A DNA stretch of 64,000 nt from the NCBI RefSeq assembly GCF_009914755.1, contig NC_060932.1. One strand, 5' to 3'. Source of the DNA: the human T2T-CHM13v2.0 reference genome, Homo sapiens. This document shows positions 1 through 15,949 of this stretch, in pieces. The notes under the pieces are model-generated. The model was not told the DNA's origin. It did no database searches and saw only the letters and a program-made list of their open reading frames with translations. Every line of letters begins with the position of its first letter. Within the stretch, counting starts at the first letter, position 1. The position numbers were made by a program, and so were the translations under genes.

Positions 1-166
1 CCATTTTCCCCAAGGAGCCCTGATTCCTTAATTGGAGAACGATATTAGAATTCAAGATCTGGGTACTAGATCCACCCATTGCTATTGGGGTCTCATTTCT
101 TTTAGGCTGTCTCATCTGACACAACAAATAAATATATGTATGTGTACCAAGCTATGTATATATGCA

Positions 167-826
<660 letters not shown>

Positions 827-1265
827 CCTATAAGTATTTCTAGATGTTATCATCTGTATCTATATTACATTAGACATAAGTTCATACTAATGTGTCCAAC
901 TCTAATCCATTATGACTTGAATCATTTTAGCCTTTTCCCCTTATTTATATAAAAATTCCCATTCCAGCAATGAGAAAATTGGCTCCCACTATCTAACATC
1001 CATTTATTTATTGTCCCATTCCAGTTTACATGTGTAACTATGTCACAGTTGCTAGCCTATACCTACATGGGACACAAATTTATCAACTAGAATACAACAC
1101 TTATGCATGCTGTTCTTTTTGCCTTTAATCATACAAACTCCATTTATTTCTAAAGTTACTAAAGTAGATACCACTACACTAAGTGAGATTGTCTTGTGCG
1201 TTTTTAATTCAGTTAGATTGTCTTGTGACAGCCTGCATTCTTTCCTGGGATCCTCTGACTCCTTA

Positions 1266-1266
1266 A

Positions 1267-1328
<62 letters not shown>

Positions 1329-1374
1329 ATATATGTATATATATACATATATATACACACACATATATATATGT
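1266..1374. repeat. (TA)n-(TG)n-(TA/CA)n compound microsatellite
   Basis: About 26 perfect TG units flanked by TA repeats. Confidence 0.95.
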
Positions 1375-2119
1375 ACTCATAAATTTCATGTATTAAAGCT
1401 AAATCTTTGGGCTGTAAACTCTTGTGGGTTTTAACAAATGCATAATGGCATGTATGTATAATGGCATGTATGCATCATTACGGTATAATACAGAATGGTT
1501 TTACCAGCCTAAACATCATCTACGCATCACCTATTTACCAAGTCCCCCTATCCTAAGCTCCAGGCAACCACCGATATTTCATTGCCTCTATAATTTTCCC
1601 TTTTCCAGAATGACATATTTTTAAGCAGAGTATGTAGCCTTTTCAAACTGGCTTCTTTTGCTTAGCAATATTCATTTAAGTAATATGCATGTGTCCATGT
1701 CTTTTATGATTTGATAACTTTTTATAGCTGAATAATATTTCCTAGTATAGATGTACCACAGTTTGTTTATACATTCACCTATTGAAGGACATTTTGCTTG
1801 CTTCCAGTTTGGGTCAATTAAAAATAAAAGACCAGTAAACATTTGCATGAAGGCTTTTGTGTAGACAAAAGTTTTCAACTCAATTGGGTAAATACCTAAG
1901 GGCATGCTTGCTAGAGTAAGTGGTTAAACTATGTTTACCTTCCAAAACAGTTGCCAGCCTTTCTCCAAAGTAATTGTACCGTTTTGCCTTCTTACCAACA
2001 AAGAATGAGAATATCTGATGCTCTGTACCCTCACCAGCATTTGGCATTTTTTTTATTTTACTCATTCTAATAGGTGTGTAGTGATGTCATTACTGTTTTA
2101 TGTTGTGAAGTTCCAATTT

Positions 2120-2370
2120 TTTCCTTTTTTTTGAGACAGTCTCACTTTGTCCCCCCAACTGGAGCACAGTGGTGCAATCATAGATCACTGTAGCATCGAA
2201 TTCCTGGACTCAAGCGCTCCTCCCACCCTTGGCTGATATTTTTATTTTTTGTAGAGGTGGGATCATGCTTTGTTGCCCAGGCTGATCTTGAACTCCTGGC
2301 ATCAAGGGATCCTCCTACCTCAACATCCCAAAATACTAGGATTACAGGCATAAGCTACTGTGCCCAGCCT
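2120..2370 (-). mobile_element. AluJ-like element with an internal deletion
   Basis: Diverged antisense Alu missing part of the right arm. Confidence 0.75.
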
Positions 2371-3539
2371 TAAGTTGTAATTTCTTAATGAAAAATGATT
2401 TTGTGTATATTTTTATGAGCTAAATTACCATCTGCATATCCTCCTGGTGAGGAGCCTGTTCAAATCTATTACCCATTTTTTAGTTGGGTTGTTTTCTTAT
2501 TGAGTTTTGAGAGCTCTTGCTATCATTGTGATACATGTCCTTTATCAGATAGGAGTTTTTTAAAATAATTTTTCCCAGTATATGGCTTCTCTTCATTCTC
2601 TTTACAGTATCTTTTACACAGAAGAAATTATTAGTTTTAATAAAGTTCAACTTACCTATAATTAAGTATTTCCAATTCTTCCCTCCCTTCCCTTTAACAC
2701 TGCTGTCATCCATTTTACTTATCCATGTGCTATAATAACCCAATGCATTGTTACAATTATTCTTTTGAGTAGTTTTCTATTAAATCAATTTAGAATAAGG
2801 CAAGAAAAAGATTTTATTTTACCTTCATTAATTCCTTCTTTGACCCTTTATTTTTCTTTATGTAGATCCAAGTTTCTGACCTCTTTAATTTTTCTTTTAT
2901 GAATTTTTTTAACATTTCTGGTAGGACAGACTTGCCGGCAATGACATTCCTCAGCTTTCATTTGTCTGAGAAAGTCTTTATTTCTCATTCACTTTTGAAG
3001 GACAATCTTACTGGATATAGAATTCTAAGTTGGGTTTTTTTCTTTTAATACTTTAGATATTGCATGGTACTCTCTTGTTTGCATAGTTTCCTCTATAGCT
3101 AAGGTCATAAGGTATTTTGCTGTTTGTTTTTTTCCCTCCGCCTTCTTTCAAAAATTTTCTTCTTGTTTTTGGTTTTCTACAGCTTGAATATGATAGACCT
3201 AGGTACAGATTTTTTGGTATGTATCCTGCCTGGTGTTCTCTGAGATTCCTAGATCTGTGGTTTGATGTCTGGATGTCTGTCATTAATTTTTAAAATTCCC
3301 AGCCATTGTTATTTCAAGTATTTTTTCTGTTCCTTTCTCTCTTCTTCTAGTCTTCCCACTATGCTTATATTTATTTTTTTCTAAATGTTCTAGTTCCAGG
3401 ATATTCTGTGCCATTTTTCATACTTTTATCATACTTTTTTGAATTTCATTAGGGAAGTGTCTGCTGTCATATGGAAGCTCATCAACTCCCCTGCCATGTA
3501 GGTATTCCTAATTTCTGTCACAGCGCTTTTGATTTCTAG

Positions 3540-3959
<420 letters not shown>

Positions 3960-5147
3960 TAATCATAGTTATTTTAAGTTTCTTGTATAAGATTTTTGAA
4001 ATCTTGTCACATATAAGCCTAGTTCTAATGTTTGCTTTGTCTCTTCAAACTCTTTTTTCTTGCTTTTGAACAAGCCTTGTAGTTATTTGTTGAAAGGCTG
4101 ATGTGAAGGGTCAGGTTCTCGAAACTCTTTTGAGGCACATGCTTTTTTCTGACTCCGTTTTTCTATCTCTGTTTTTCTCTTAATAACATTTCATATATAA
4201 TATGTCAAAGAATACAATGTACTATGTTATTTATATATTTAGAATATATTCAGGTGTATATGTGTGCACACGCATACAAAAAACATACCAACATAATATG
4301 ATTGTTGGGATTGTGCAAGTCTTTTTAGCCTCAGAATATAGCCTACTCTGTACCATTAAATTAAGGTCTTACAAAATCACTTGAGATTATTCCTATGTAG
4401 TTATGAATTCACATCCATACACAATTAGGGTCATTTATTTATGTATTATTCATTTATTTATTTCGCTTTAATTTTAATATAGTTGTTTACTGAATTTTGT
4501 TAATGTTTCCAAAACAAATTACAGTCCTCCCTGTAATTTGGGGAGAGGATTGTAATGGGGGGGTTATTTTGAGTACCATTGTGCATACTAAAATCCACAG
4601 ATACTCAAGTCTCTTCTAGCATATTTAGAGAAATTCAAGTTTCTATCTTTGTGCCTCTATACAATTTCCTCTCTTCCTCATAAGTAGCCATTATATTTTT
4701 CATATTTTGTTCAATTTTTACTCTAAATAAATGCACATATGCATTGGGATGCTTGGGATGCACGTCTTTTTTTTTCCCACCTGGCTATTTTTGATTTACA
4801 ATACTTGCTGGAGTTCACTGCATAGCACCACATAGAGATAGCCATCATGCCTTTTTACATCTCAGAGTCTCTCTTGTCTGAATATATCATCACAGTTCAC
4901 TATTGATGGACACCTGAATTATTTCCTATGTTTTGCTCCTACAGATAATACAGTAATAGATATCATTGGGAATAATTTTGTGTGTGTGTGTGCATTTAGG
5001 AATAGGAGCTATGAATCTGAGTGAAAATGCATATATACTCTTGCTTGATATTGACAAATTCCCCTCAATAGGGATGAACTATTTCACATTTCAATTGGCA
5101 ATATAGGAAAGTTCAATTTCTACAGAGATCACTAAGAGAGTATTTTA

Positions 5148-5477
5148 ATTTTTATTTTATTTATTTAATTTTTTTTAAGAAATAGGATCTTACTCTGTTG
5201 CCCAGACTGGAGTGAAGTAGTGCAATTAAGGTTCACTGCAACCTAAAACTCCTGGGCCCAGGAAATTCTCCCCTCTCAGTCTTCTGAGTAGCTAGAACCA
5301 TAGACGCATGGCACCATGGTCAGCCCAGCTTTTCTTTTTCCTTTCTTTTCTTTTTTTTTTCTGAGACAGGGTCTCACTATTTTGTCCAGGCTGGTCTTGA
5401 AATCCTGGCCTCAAGTGATCCTCCCACCTCTGCCTCACATAGTGCTGAGATTACAGGTTGGGCCATAATGCGTGGCC
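5148..5477 (-). mobile_element. AluJ
   Basis: Diverged antisense dimer with a degenerate TSD (actaagagagtatttta / actaacacagtatttta). Confidence 0.8.
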
Positions 5478-5634
5478 ACTAACACAGTATTTTAAGTGAG
5501 GAAAGGTATGACAGTAGAGTTAGAATTTGTGTTTAATTAGTTATACACCATTTGCCTTTGCTTTTATTAGAACTGTCCAGATACATTGTCCATTTTTCTA
5601 CAGTACCATTAGTCTTTTACTTTAGTCTTTTGAG

Positions 5635-5636
<2 letters not shown>

Positions 5637-5691
<55 letters not shown>

Positions 5692-5708
5692 TACAGGTAG
5701 ATAGATAT
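5637..5708. repeat. (GATA)n microsatellite
   Basis: About 13 perfect GATA units plus a degenerate tail. Confidence 0.95.
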
Positions 5709-7139
5709 TCTGTTAGTGATCTAAGTTGGAAATTTTTTTATTCCCAGGTTGTCCTTTAAAAAAATTGATTTTGGCATTTTTGTAAAATGTAAAAATGCTT
5801 TTTATGTAGTCAAATGTGTCCATGTTTTTCAGTATTACTTTTGGGTGTTGAGTCATAGGAGAATTTTTCTATTTCCCAGTTTATAGAAGAATTCACTAAT
5901 GTTTCCTCTGGTTCTTTTATAATCTTACTTTTTACATTTAAGTTTCTGATTAATTTGGAATTTGTCATGACAGAACAGATGCAATTTATCTTATTTTATA
6001 TGGATTTCTAATACCATTTATTAAAATGTCTGTCTTGACTTCATATATTTGAAAAGCCACCACTGTCCTATTTTAAATATTCATATGGAATTGGGTCTAT
6101 TTCTGGAGTTTGTTTTCTGTTCTATTTTTGGTATGTCCAGTCAATTAAGCACACCATATTCTTTTAATGATAGAGAAAAAATATAAGATGCTTTAATATC
6201 TGCTAAGGACAATAGTTTATCACCTATGCTATTGTACCCCCTTCCCAAGGTTTTTCTTAACCATTTCTTGTTTATTTATTCTTTTAAATGAACTTTATAA
6301 TCAATTTTCATCTCCAGAAAAAAAATTATAGTGGTATGGTTATTGGAATTATTTAAAATTTTAAAATTAACCTAGAAGGGATTGACATCACTTTGAATCT
6401 GTTTTTCTCTTCAGCAATATAAGTTGTTTTCTATTTATTTATTTCAACTTTTGCACCTTACAGGAGTATTTTATAGTTTTTGTCACGTAGGTTTGGGACA
6501 TTTCTTTTTATGCTTATGGCAAGTTTGGAAATTTTTTTGTATTTTTGTTTAGCTGACTATGTTTTGTTTTTTGCTACATAAGAGGGATTTCTTTTTATTC
6601 CATTAAATATTCTAACTGGTTTTATTTACCTGTATGAAGACTATTTATTTTTATATATTGACCAATTATTTGTTGTATTTTTGCATTGATACTTTCTTAG
6701 TTTTTCTGATATATGATTGTAAAATCTGTAAAAAAAAATAGTATTAACTCTTCAAAACTGTTGTCACTAAATGCTTTTGTTCTCTATTTTATAGGCTACT
6801 ATTTACAACTTAGTGTGAAATAACAGTGAAGCTAATAGGCATCCTTGTACAGCTCATTTTACTAGAGAGTCTCTGCTACTTTACCATTAAGTAAGATACT
6901 TGTTCTTGAGTTACTGTATCTGTAAAGTATCATGTTAAATAGGAGTTCATCAATTTCTATTTATTTGGGTTTTTAAACATGTATTGGCATTTTAGGCCTT
7001 CCTACACCTAAGAAGAGGCTAGTATTATTTTCTTACTATACCCTTTTGAATTGATAGATTTCAATTTACAGTTTTCTAATATTGAATATCCCTTAGATTC
7101 CTATAATAAATATCACTTTGTCATGTTTTTTTCTCATTA

Positions 7140-8992
7140 GTTTTTTTACTTTTAATTTTTTTGAATATCTAACACTTAAATATTTGTGGGTATATGTGAC
7201 ATTTTGATGCAAGCATATCGTGTGTAATGATCCAATGAAGATAATTCAGATAACCATCACCTCATGCATTTATTATTTCTTTATGTTAGAAATATTCCAA
7301 TTCCACTCTTCTAGTTATTTGAAATATACAATAAATGATTGTTAATTATAGTCCTCACACTGTACTACTAAATGCTTAAACTTATTCCTTCTATCTAGAG
7401 GTTTTGTGCCCACTAATCATTCCGCCTTTACCCTCCCTCCCCACTACCCTTCCAAGCCTCTGATAACCATTATTCTACTCTCTATCTCCTGAGTTCTAAT
7501 ATTTTACCTTCCACATTTGAAGGAGAACACATATCTCTCTTTATCTACCTGGTTTATTTCACCAAACATAATGTCCTCCAGTTTCATTCATGTTGTTGGA
7601 AATGACAGAATTTCACTTTTGTGGCTGAATAATATTCCCTTGTGTAGATATACCATATTTTTATCCATTCATCCACTGACAGATACTTAGGTTGATTCTG
7701 TATCTTGGCTATTGCAAAAGGTGCTGCAATAAACATGGAAGTGGAGCTATATCTTTGATATACTGATTTTCTTTTTTTGGGATATATATTCAGCAGTAGG
7801 ATTGCTGGATTATATGGTAGCTCTGTTTTTAGGATTTTGAGAAACCTTCATATTGTTCTCCATAGTTGCTGTACTACTTTACACTCTCACCCACAGTGTA
7901 CGATGATTCCCCTTTCCCTGCATCCTTGCCAGTATCAGTTATGGTCTGTCTTCTTAAGAAAAAGCCACTTTAATTGGGATGAAGTGATATCTCATTGTAG
8001 TTTTGATATGTATTTCTCTGATGGCTGGTAATGTCAAGTATTCTTTTTCATATGCATTTTGGTCATTTGTAGGTCTTCTTTTGAAAAATGTCTAATCAGA
8101 TATTTCCCTCATTTTTGCTATTGAGTTGTGTGAGCTCCTTATATGTTTTGGATATTAATCTCTTGTCAAATGAGCAATTTACAAGTATTTTCCTCCAACA
8201 CCTAGAAACAAATTTAATCAAAGAAGTGAAAGATTTCTGCAAGGAATACCATAAAACATTGATAAAATAAATTTAAGGGGACACAATAAAATGAAAAGAT
8301 ATTCCACGTTCATATATTGGAAGAATCAATATTATTAAAAAGTCAATACTATCCAAAGCAATCTATAGATTCATTGCAATACTATCAAAATATCAATGAC
8401 ATTATTCACAGAAATGGGAAAAAAGGCTTAAAATTTGTATAGAACCACAAAAGATCCAGAATAGCTAAAGTAATACTAAGCAAAAAGAACATCACATTAC
8501 CTGACTTCAAATTATATCACAAAGCTATAGTGGCTACAGTAGCTGAAACAGCATGGTACTGGTATAAAAACAGACACATAAACCAGTGGAACAGGGTAGA
8601 GAACTCCGAAATAAGTCCATGCATTTACAGTCAACTCATTTTTGGCAAAGTCATCAAGAATATATATTGGGAAAAGGACAGGCTAATAAATGGTAGGGGG
8701 AAAATTGATATTCACATACAGAAGAATGAAGCTAGATCCCTATCTCTTGTCACATGCAAAAATCAACTCAAAATGGATTAAAGACAAATATAGGACCGGA
8801 AACCCTAAAACTTCTAGAAGAAAACATTGGAGAAGCACTCTAAGACATTGGACTGGGCAAAGATTTCCTGAATAAGAACTCCAAAGTCCAGGCAACCAAA
8901 ATAAAAATAGACAAATGGGATCACATCAAGCTGAAAACCTTCTGCATAGCAAGGGATGCACTCCACAAAGTGATGAGACAACCTACAGAATG
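7140..8992 (-). mobile_element. L1MA-like element with an inverted 5' segment
   Basis: 7140-8197 is the antisense 3' end and 8198-8992 is sense ORF2 ([16 protein letters not shown]). The two pieces abut in L1 coordinates. Confidence 0.85.
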
Positions 8993-9595
8993 CTTTATTA
9001 TTTTTAAATGTGGTGATAGATTTTGTTTGCTAATATTTCACTTAGTATTTTTTGAATTAATATGTGTCAGCGAGATTGGTCTCTTGTAAAATTTTCTTAT
9101 TTTTCTACCAAGTCTGGCAAGGTTTTCATTAAATTTTAGAAAATCCACATTTCTCCATGTGTTAGCCTACACAAGTTATCTGAAGAACATTTTTTGCCTT
9201 CTTCAGCTGGACCTGGAACATATCTCAATGGAGAAGTGGAAAACCTCCTACTCTGAGGTGGAGAAATAAGCCAATGTCCAGTCTCTGCTTCCAGGGGTCC
9301 TGGTTTTGGATGACTATAAGTCCCATTTCAAACTCTAAAGAATATTGGTATTTCACATTTCAGGAAGTATAAATAAGAATACATTGTGATTCAGCTTTTG
9401 ATAAAGTCTTCCTTGGAAAAATAAGTTGTATGAGAGATGCAGCTTTATGAACTCACTGAAATAGTACCTCCTTGTGACCTAAAATCTTCGGCTCTTGGTG
9501 AGATTAAATGCTCAATATGCAATACACTTGAACCACATTATTAAAATCTCCCATTTCAAAAATGCCTTCTCGGTGTTAAGATTGTCTTTCAACCC

Positions 9596-9960
<365 letters not shown>

Positions 9961-12900
9961 CTATAAAAATGTTTCTGCATTTTTACTGAAAGTCATAGTT
10001 GAAAATATTGAGCAATGTTCCTGGCCTATAGAAAAAAATGTATCCTAAAGTTAATGTAAGGTCAGACAGAATGCATGTTTTAAAGACATTAAATATGGCA
10101 TATGCTTCCTAGAAAATCCAGCCTGAGAGACATGTGAGACATATAAGTTTTGAATAAAACAAAACAAACAAACCAGGGATTCATTCAGAACTAAAGAAAA
10201 TTATGGAACTCAAGGGACCTCTCTGACAAGCGGGACCTCTCCGACAAGCGGCACCTCACTGACTCCAACATTGAAACAACTTCTTTCCCTAACAGGGTTC
10301 CACAGCTCAATTTTATAATTAGCGACTACCTTAACCCTAACCAAACAGAGTTTAAGTTGCTTGGCACATCTTAGGCACTCAGCAAACAGTTATCTTTACT
10401 GCCAATTATTCCTCCATATTCCACTTGATTTTTCACTGGGCAGCATTTTTGCTCACGCAGACAACATACATATAGCTCACAGCCACAGCCCTTGAATGAC
10501 CAAAGTATTTCCACAGTCACAGACTTGGAAAGGTTCACATTTGTGGAGAACTAGTGATCTGTATGAAGAATTTTAATCTAAAATTTATAAGTTGTCTACA
10601 TTCTAGTGTTTTAATAGAAGGGATAGTATTTCTTGATTGTTCTCTTCTACTATTTCTGCTGAGTTTAAGAAAAATAACAGGTAATCGTGATTTCTCTTCT
10701 CTACATCTACCATACTACACTTTTGCTCACTTGAAAATGGACACTGCAGTACTGCTGAAATAGTTTCTTCTTTACAAGTGCCAGGGTAAACTCTGGATGA
10801 TCTGAATTTTCAAGCATTGCACATGTCAGCATTCCAGTGAAAAACAAGCACAGAAGGGAGTTATTTCCATTCACCCAAAAAATCCACAGGCTTGAGTTGA
10901 CTTGTCTTGTATGCCTAAGGAAACGACAAGTGGTGTCATACTGCTGTAAACTAAAATATTTCCTGCTATTCTTAACAGGATATAAATCTGTCTTTTGGCT
11001 GCCCTGCAGTTGTCTTTGTCTGTTACACAAGACACCAAATGGCCCCTTTATGTCCCAGGTTGCCTAATAGGACTGTGTATTTGCTTTTGGGATGGAAAGC
11101 AGCTTAATTTAAAGAGAAACATAATTATTATGCTTTCCTAACTTTGGTTGAGAATGCCACATTTATTTCATAAAAAAAAAACATATCATTGAGAATAAGT
11201 AGAGTTTAGTAAGGAAGATTTTATTATAAATGTCACAGAGAACATTCTCTCATAGGAAATTAACTAGTGTCTACAGTTGCCTTAAAAGATTTACTATTCT
11301 GAGGATATGGCAAAAAATAATACATCTCTGTGGTAATTATTTTGATTTCAATTATGGTTGAATCTACTGTGTCTCATTGCTCTGAAATTGTCATAGACTA
11401 AATATTTTGCATGTTTTATGGACTACAAAATTTGACTGTAAGAAGAGTCATCTACTCGTGTTTCTGGACAAACTATGTTGTACATTCTCCTTTTTAGTCC
11501 CTAAAATTGTGCAGATAAAATTAGTCTAAAAAGAAATATCAAGGACAACCTTAAGAGAATAAGTGTGTTACAAATGGATAATTTAGAAAATCAGGAAGCA
11601 GAGGAGGGGTCAATATGTGTTAAAAGGTCTTCTTTGCACCTGGTCCTCATAGCAGCCTTGGATGTTGAATGCTTGTATCCCCTTTTATATAAGAGGATAT
11701 GCAGATGTAAAGAAATTAGTTCATTTTCCCAAGGCTATCAACTATGAATGGCCTATTACATATTCAAATTCAACTATGAATGGCCTATTGCATATGCAAA
11801 TAGAAAGAATCTTCCATGCTCCACAGAAAGGAATTAAACAGCTACCTTTACTTTTGGTATAATGGTTGTATAAGCATCAGGTTCATATTTAGAAGCTACT
11901 GTTACCGTCATCTCTCCAACTCATTTCCAACTCCATGCCTCCAAAACAGACACTGGTCCTGTAACAAAGGACAGAGGAGGACACTTAAATATGCTATAAT
12001 AAAACAATAATTTTTGCAATCGTATACTATTATGAAATCCAATTTGTAATCTCTCTCTAATTCATAAAGGATTCAGATATTTGTAGTAGACATGTCTTGC
12101 TTTAACAATCTAAAGCATATTCAGAACCCTGTACTTCCCACTGTCAGTCTATGTTTGTTGCTTTTTGCACTTGTGTATACATTCATCTTCCAAATTATAA
12201 GTTCCTTTGAGGGCAGCTATTGTAATATCAAATTCTATTTTCCTTCTGCTGCAAAAATCATCTCTTAACATCCTATTTGACACACATATATATACACATA
12301 CATACATGATATATTTAATATTAATTGTTCTAATTTTATTAAATAAGACTATAGTAGGAGCCCTCTTGTAAGAAGCTAATAGGATTTAGTTATTTTAATT
12401 CCTGTTACTTCAAAAGTTCTAATATTCAGTTTTATACGTGCTTTGTTGGGTATAACATGTGCTCTGAAGTAAGAAGGTTTTTTACTAATTTTGATGTCCT
12501 CTCTGGTCTCTGGCCAATTTGTGACACCATGTTTATTTTTAAGATCTGACAGAGGAGGGCTGAACATTTTTGTTTGTGTAAATGAGAATCTAAACATGAT
12601 CCTTGGCCTATATTCACCACTAATGAGTGATTAAACCAGAAGGAGATTGTATTCTAGGGGTGCAGCTATTTCTGCCTAAAGAGGACATGGTTGGAGAAAA
12701 TAGAGCAGAAATATATACTATAAAATTAAAAACAGTTAATTTAACATGAACAGAAAGTGGATATGGTTAACATTTTCTGCATATTTTGAGTTAGTCTGGA
12801 ATTTGTAGCATGATCAATGAAGCATAGTGACACACTTTGAGAGAGATATTGGAAGCCAATATTCATTCATGGGTAGAATGATAAATGAGGCAGCATTATG

Positions 12901-15639
12901 AATAAACACATTACCAGATTTTTAAAATTGTATTTGGAAAGCATAGTGGCAGCAAGATCTTTTTTCAGTTGTTTGAAAATTGAAACAGTTTTCAAAGAGG
13001 CATGGCATTGTAGTAACAGCTACCTTTTTATTGTGATGGGAGGTATGACTTTAATCAAGAATGACACATTTGACAATAAAGAACATGAAGACATTGTTCT
13101 GTAACATGAACAGGAAGAGATGGGGGACTGGATACTGCAAAGGATATTCACATGCAATAACTGTACATCAAACACACAAATGAGGGCACCTTCATTACCT
13201 ATTATTCTAAATCTAAATAAATAAATCTCTATCACATGGACCCATGAAATTTTTTACACAGTTTTTAAAACTCAGTTGTTGACATAGACCTCATTTTTGA
13301 CTAAGGTAGAGGAAGCAACAGGAACTAGATTAATCCTCATATTTTGTACATAATGACAACATATACTAGCTATTTTTAATCTAAGAATATTATAGATAGA
13401 ACAAAATATAAAGATATACACAATAGAATACAATTTGACATTATCACCCTTATCACACTCTCCTCTCCTACAAGGCATACTCTGTTCTCTTTTGCTTTCC
13501 ATGGCAACATAACCCTCATTTTTTGTTTCTTTCTCTTGCTTAGGCTTTTCAGTGTCAAACCTTTCAGACTCACTCAATTCTTCTGATATCTTTCAGAATT
13601 AGAGTTCCTGAAAGTATCCTCACAGCTATGCTTATAGCATGTATGATTAAGAGTGGAAAAACTCCAGGAGGTAGGAGAAGCTCTACATCTTTCATGTCAT
13701 TCTAAAAGATACCGTCTCCTGGTTTTCTTCCATGTGTCAGAAAAAAGAAATTCTGAAAGTATTATTAGGATTGTTATGTTTCAACTTTTAACACAGAACT
13801 TTGGCTATCCGTATATCAAGCTATTTTCCTCTCTGAATGCAAATATTACTGCTGGTTACAGTGTTTCCTAAAAATTCGGATTAACTTGCTTTTCTTAGAA
13901 ACCTTTGGATTATTCCAGAAACAATCTTACATATAGGCTCAGCTATCCTTATTTTCAGAGATAGAAATGGTCTTCTTGTTATACATTTCTATCAAGTAGA
14001 ACTCTTAAAAATATATAATCAAAATGCTTAACAGATTCAAAATTTGATTTTCAAAATAACTTTACCACAAGGAAAAAAATAAACATAGATGGAAGTTAAT
14101 TTTGCTTTCTAGTTCTGTAGAGTGGTACTAACCATAGGTAGAAATTGGAGAAGCTCAGAAGGGAGATTTTGGGGGGAATTGTGATGCGTTTAATTTTAAA
14201 TATATTTTCTTTAGGATTATGAAAAAGTATTTAAGAGAAAATATCCTCCAGATTATGGGAAATGGGAATGCCTAGAGTTCTGTTATCTTGGTAACTATGT
14301 TGGCATTATTGCTACTCTTTACCTAATCCCAAGAACTGGGCATATGTCATTGCAGAAGTTTTAAAGATTACACTCCTTAAATGGTTTCTGTACTATGAAT
14401 AAAGTACAGAAATATACTTCTAAGATTGATCTAGATTCTTTTTAGTCACAGGTTCCTGTTTTCTTGCTCTAAAGTAAACAATAATGAATAAAATAATGTT
14501 CTACCTATGGCATCTACATGACTTTCCCACTTTCCATCTCTTATTAGAACTGTTGGCAAAGGTGACAAACTACAGTATTTCTAATGCCCTCTCCAAACAT
14601 CTACAATATTTCATCCTTCCTTTAAATACTATTTTTTACCAATTTATATTTTACACAAAATCCTCATATTTTAGAGCAACAGAGAATTTTTACAAACCTT
14701 GGAAACTGTAAATCATGGCAGATGGAACACAAGTTGTCCACTTTATATGTATATTTCATAACTCTTTATGAGCATAGGTTAAACAATGCTAATTTTAAAA
14801 TAAATATAAAAAATTAAATAACTCTAAAGAACAAAACAAATTCCTTTGTTTGAAAATAAAAGAAAAACCCTAAACTCATGCTAATGCGAATAGAAATGCA
14901 TTCAGAAAAAATCCTAAAATTATCTTTTCTCACTTGTTAAGAGATATATTATACTATTTGCTTCTCAGAAGATATACATTTCTGTCTTACAGATGAGAAT
15001 GCAGGCATAGATAAATATATTATTGTTATTTGCTTCAAATCATAGTAAGTAGCCAAAACAGGATTCAATAACCAGAATTAGAGTTTTTACTTAATTTCCA
15101 AATTTTAAGAATTTATTTTAGCCATGCTTTATACCTTGATCAGAATCAAACAAAATTTAGGAAATGTGAAATTTAAATATACATATATAAAATGGCACTG
15201 ACAATTATGTATTCATGAAAAACACTATTTTTAAGATCTAGAAAATAACACTATGAACTCTGGTTACATTATTAAAATATAAACACATAATTCCTAAATA
15301 TGTTAATTTTAAATAAGAATAATAAAATAAAATGAACTGAACATTCCCTAATAATCATAAGTATAGAGTAAGATTATCCCTTCTCCATGAGCAGCTGTTA
15401 AACATGTTTTCTTTCCTTTATTTAAAAGAAAAAACAAGTTAACTTTTGACAAAACAGTGTAAAGTTATTAACTATTTCTACAGTGGTTTACTTACATCCT
15501 AGAAAGTGATGAAGTTTAAATGTAACCAACTAAGCCCCAATAACTATAACTATTTTAATAAAAGAAATTTTGCAGATGTTTTCTTTTTGTGTGGTTCTCA
15601 TACTACTGCAGTTTCCCCTAGCTAATTCCTAATGAAAAG

Positions 15640-15653
15640 CCACTAGAGGGTGA
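15640..15653 (+). promoter_or_regulatory. Candidate CTCF core motif
   Basis: CCACTAGAGGGTGA in unique AT-rich sequence, close to the consensus CCACYAGRGGGCGC. Confidence 0.5.
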
Positions 15654-15949
15654 CCAAGCATCATTACCTTTTCTTCTCTTGCTCTGGTTACTAATATTAT
15701 TTAGGTTATATTAACATTGTATATATCTCTTAATATGAATTATTTCATACGTATTCTTGGAGATTTTTCATTACTAGAATTGTTTGAACAAAAGTGAATT
15801 CAATACCAATTAGTCAAAAGAAGTTTAATTATTTCTAACACTCTCATTTCACTTGGTCTTAAATAAAAGATATGACGAAGCATTTGCAATCCTTTTAAAG
15901 TTTAAATAAAGGTCAAATGAGAATTATGAAATTTTTACTCCACAAGAAG

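Noticed and set aside
15606-15617. CTGCAGTTTCCC as the CTCF upstream (U) motif
   Set aside because: Its spacing from the core is much longer than the canonical 5-6 bp.
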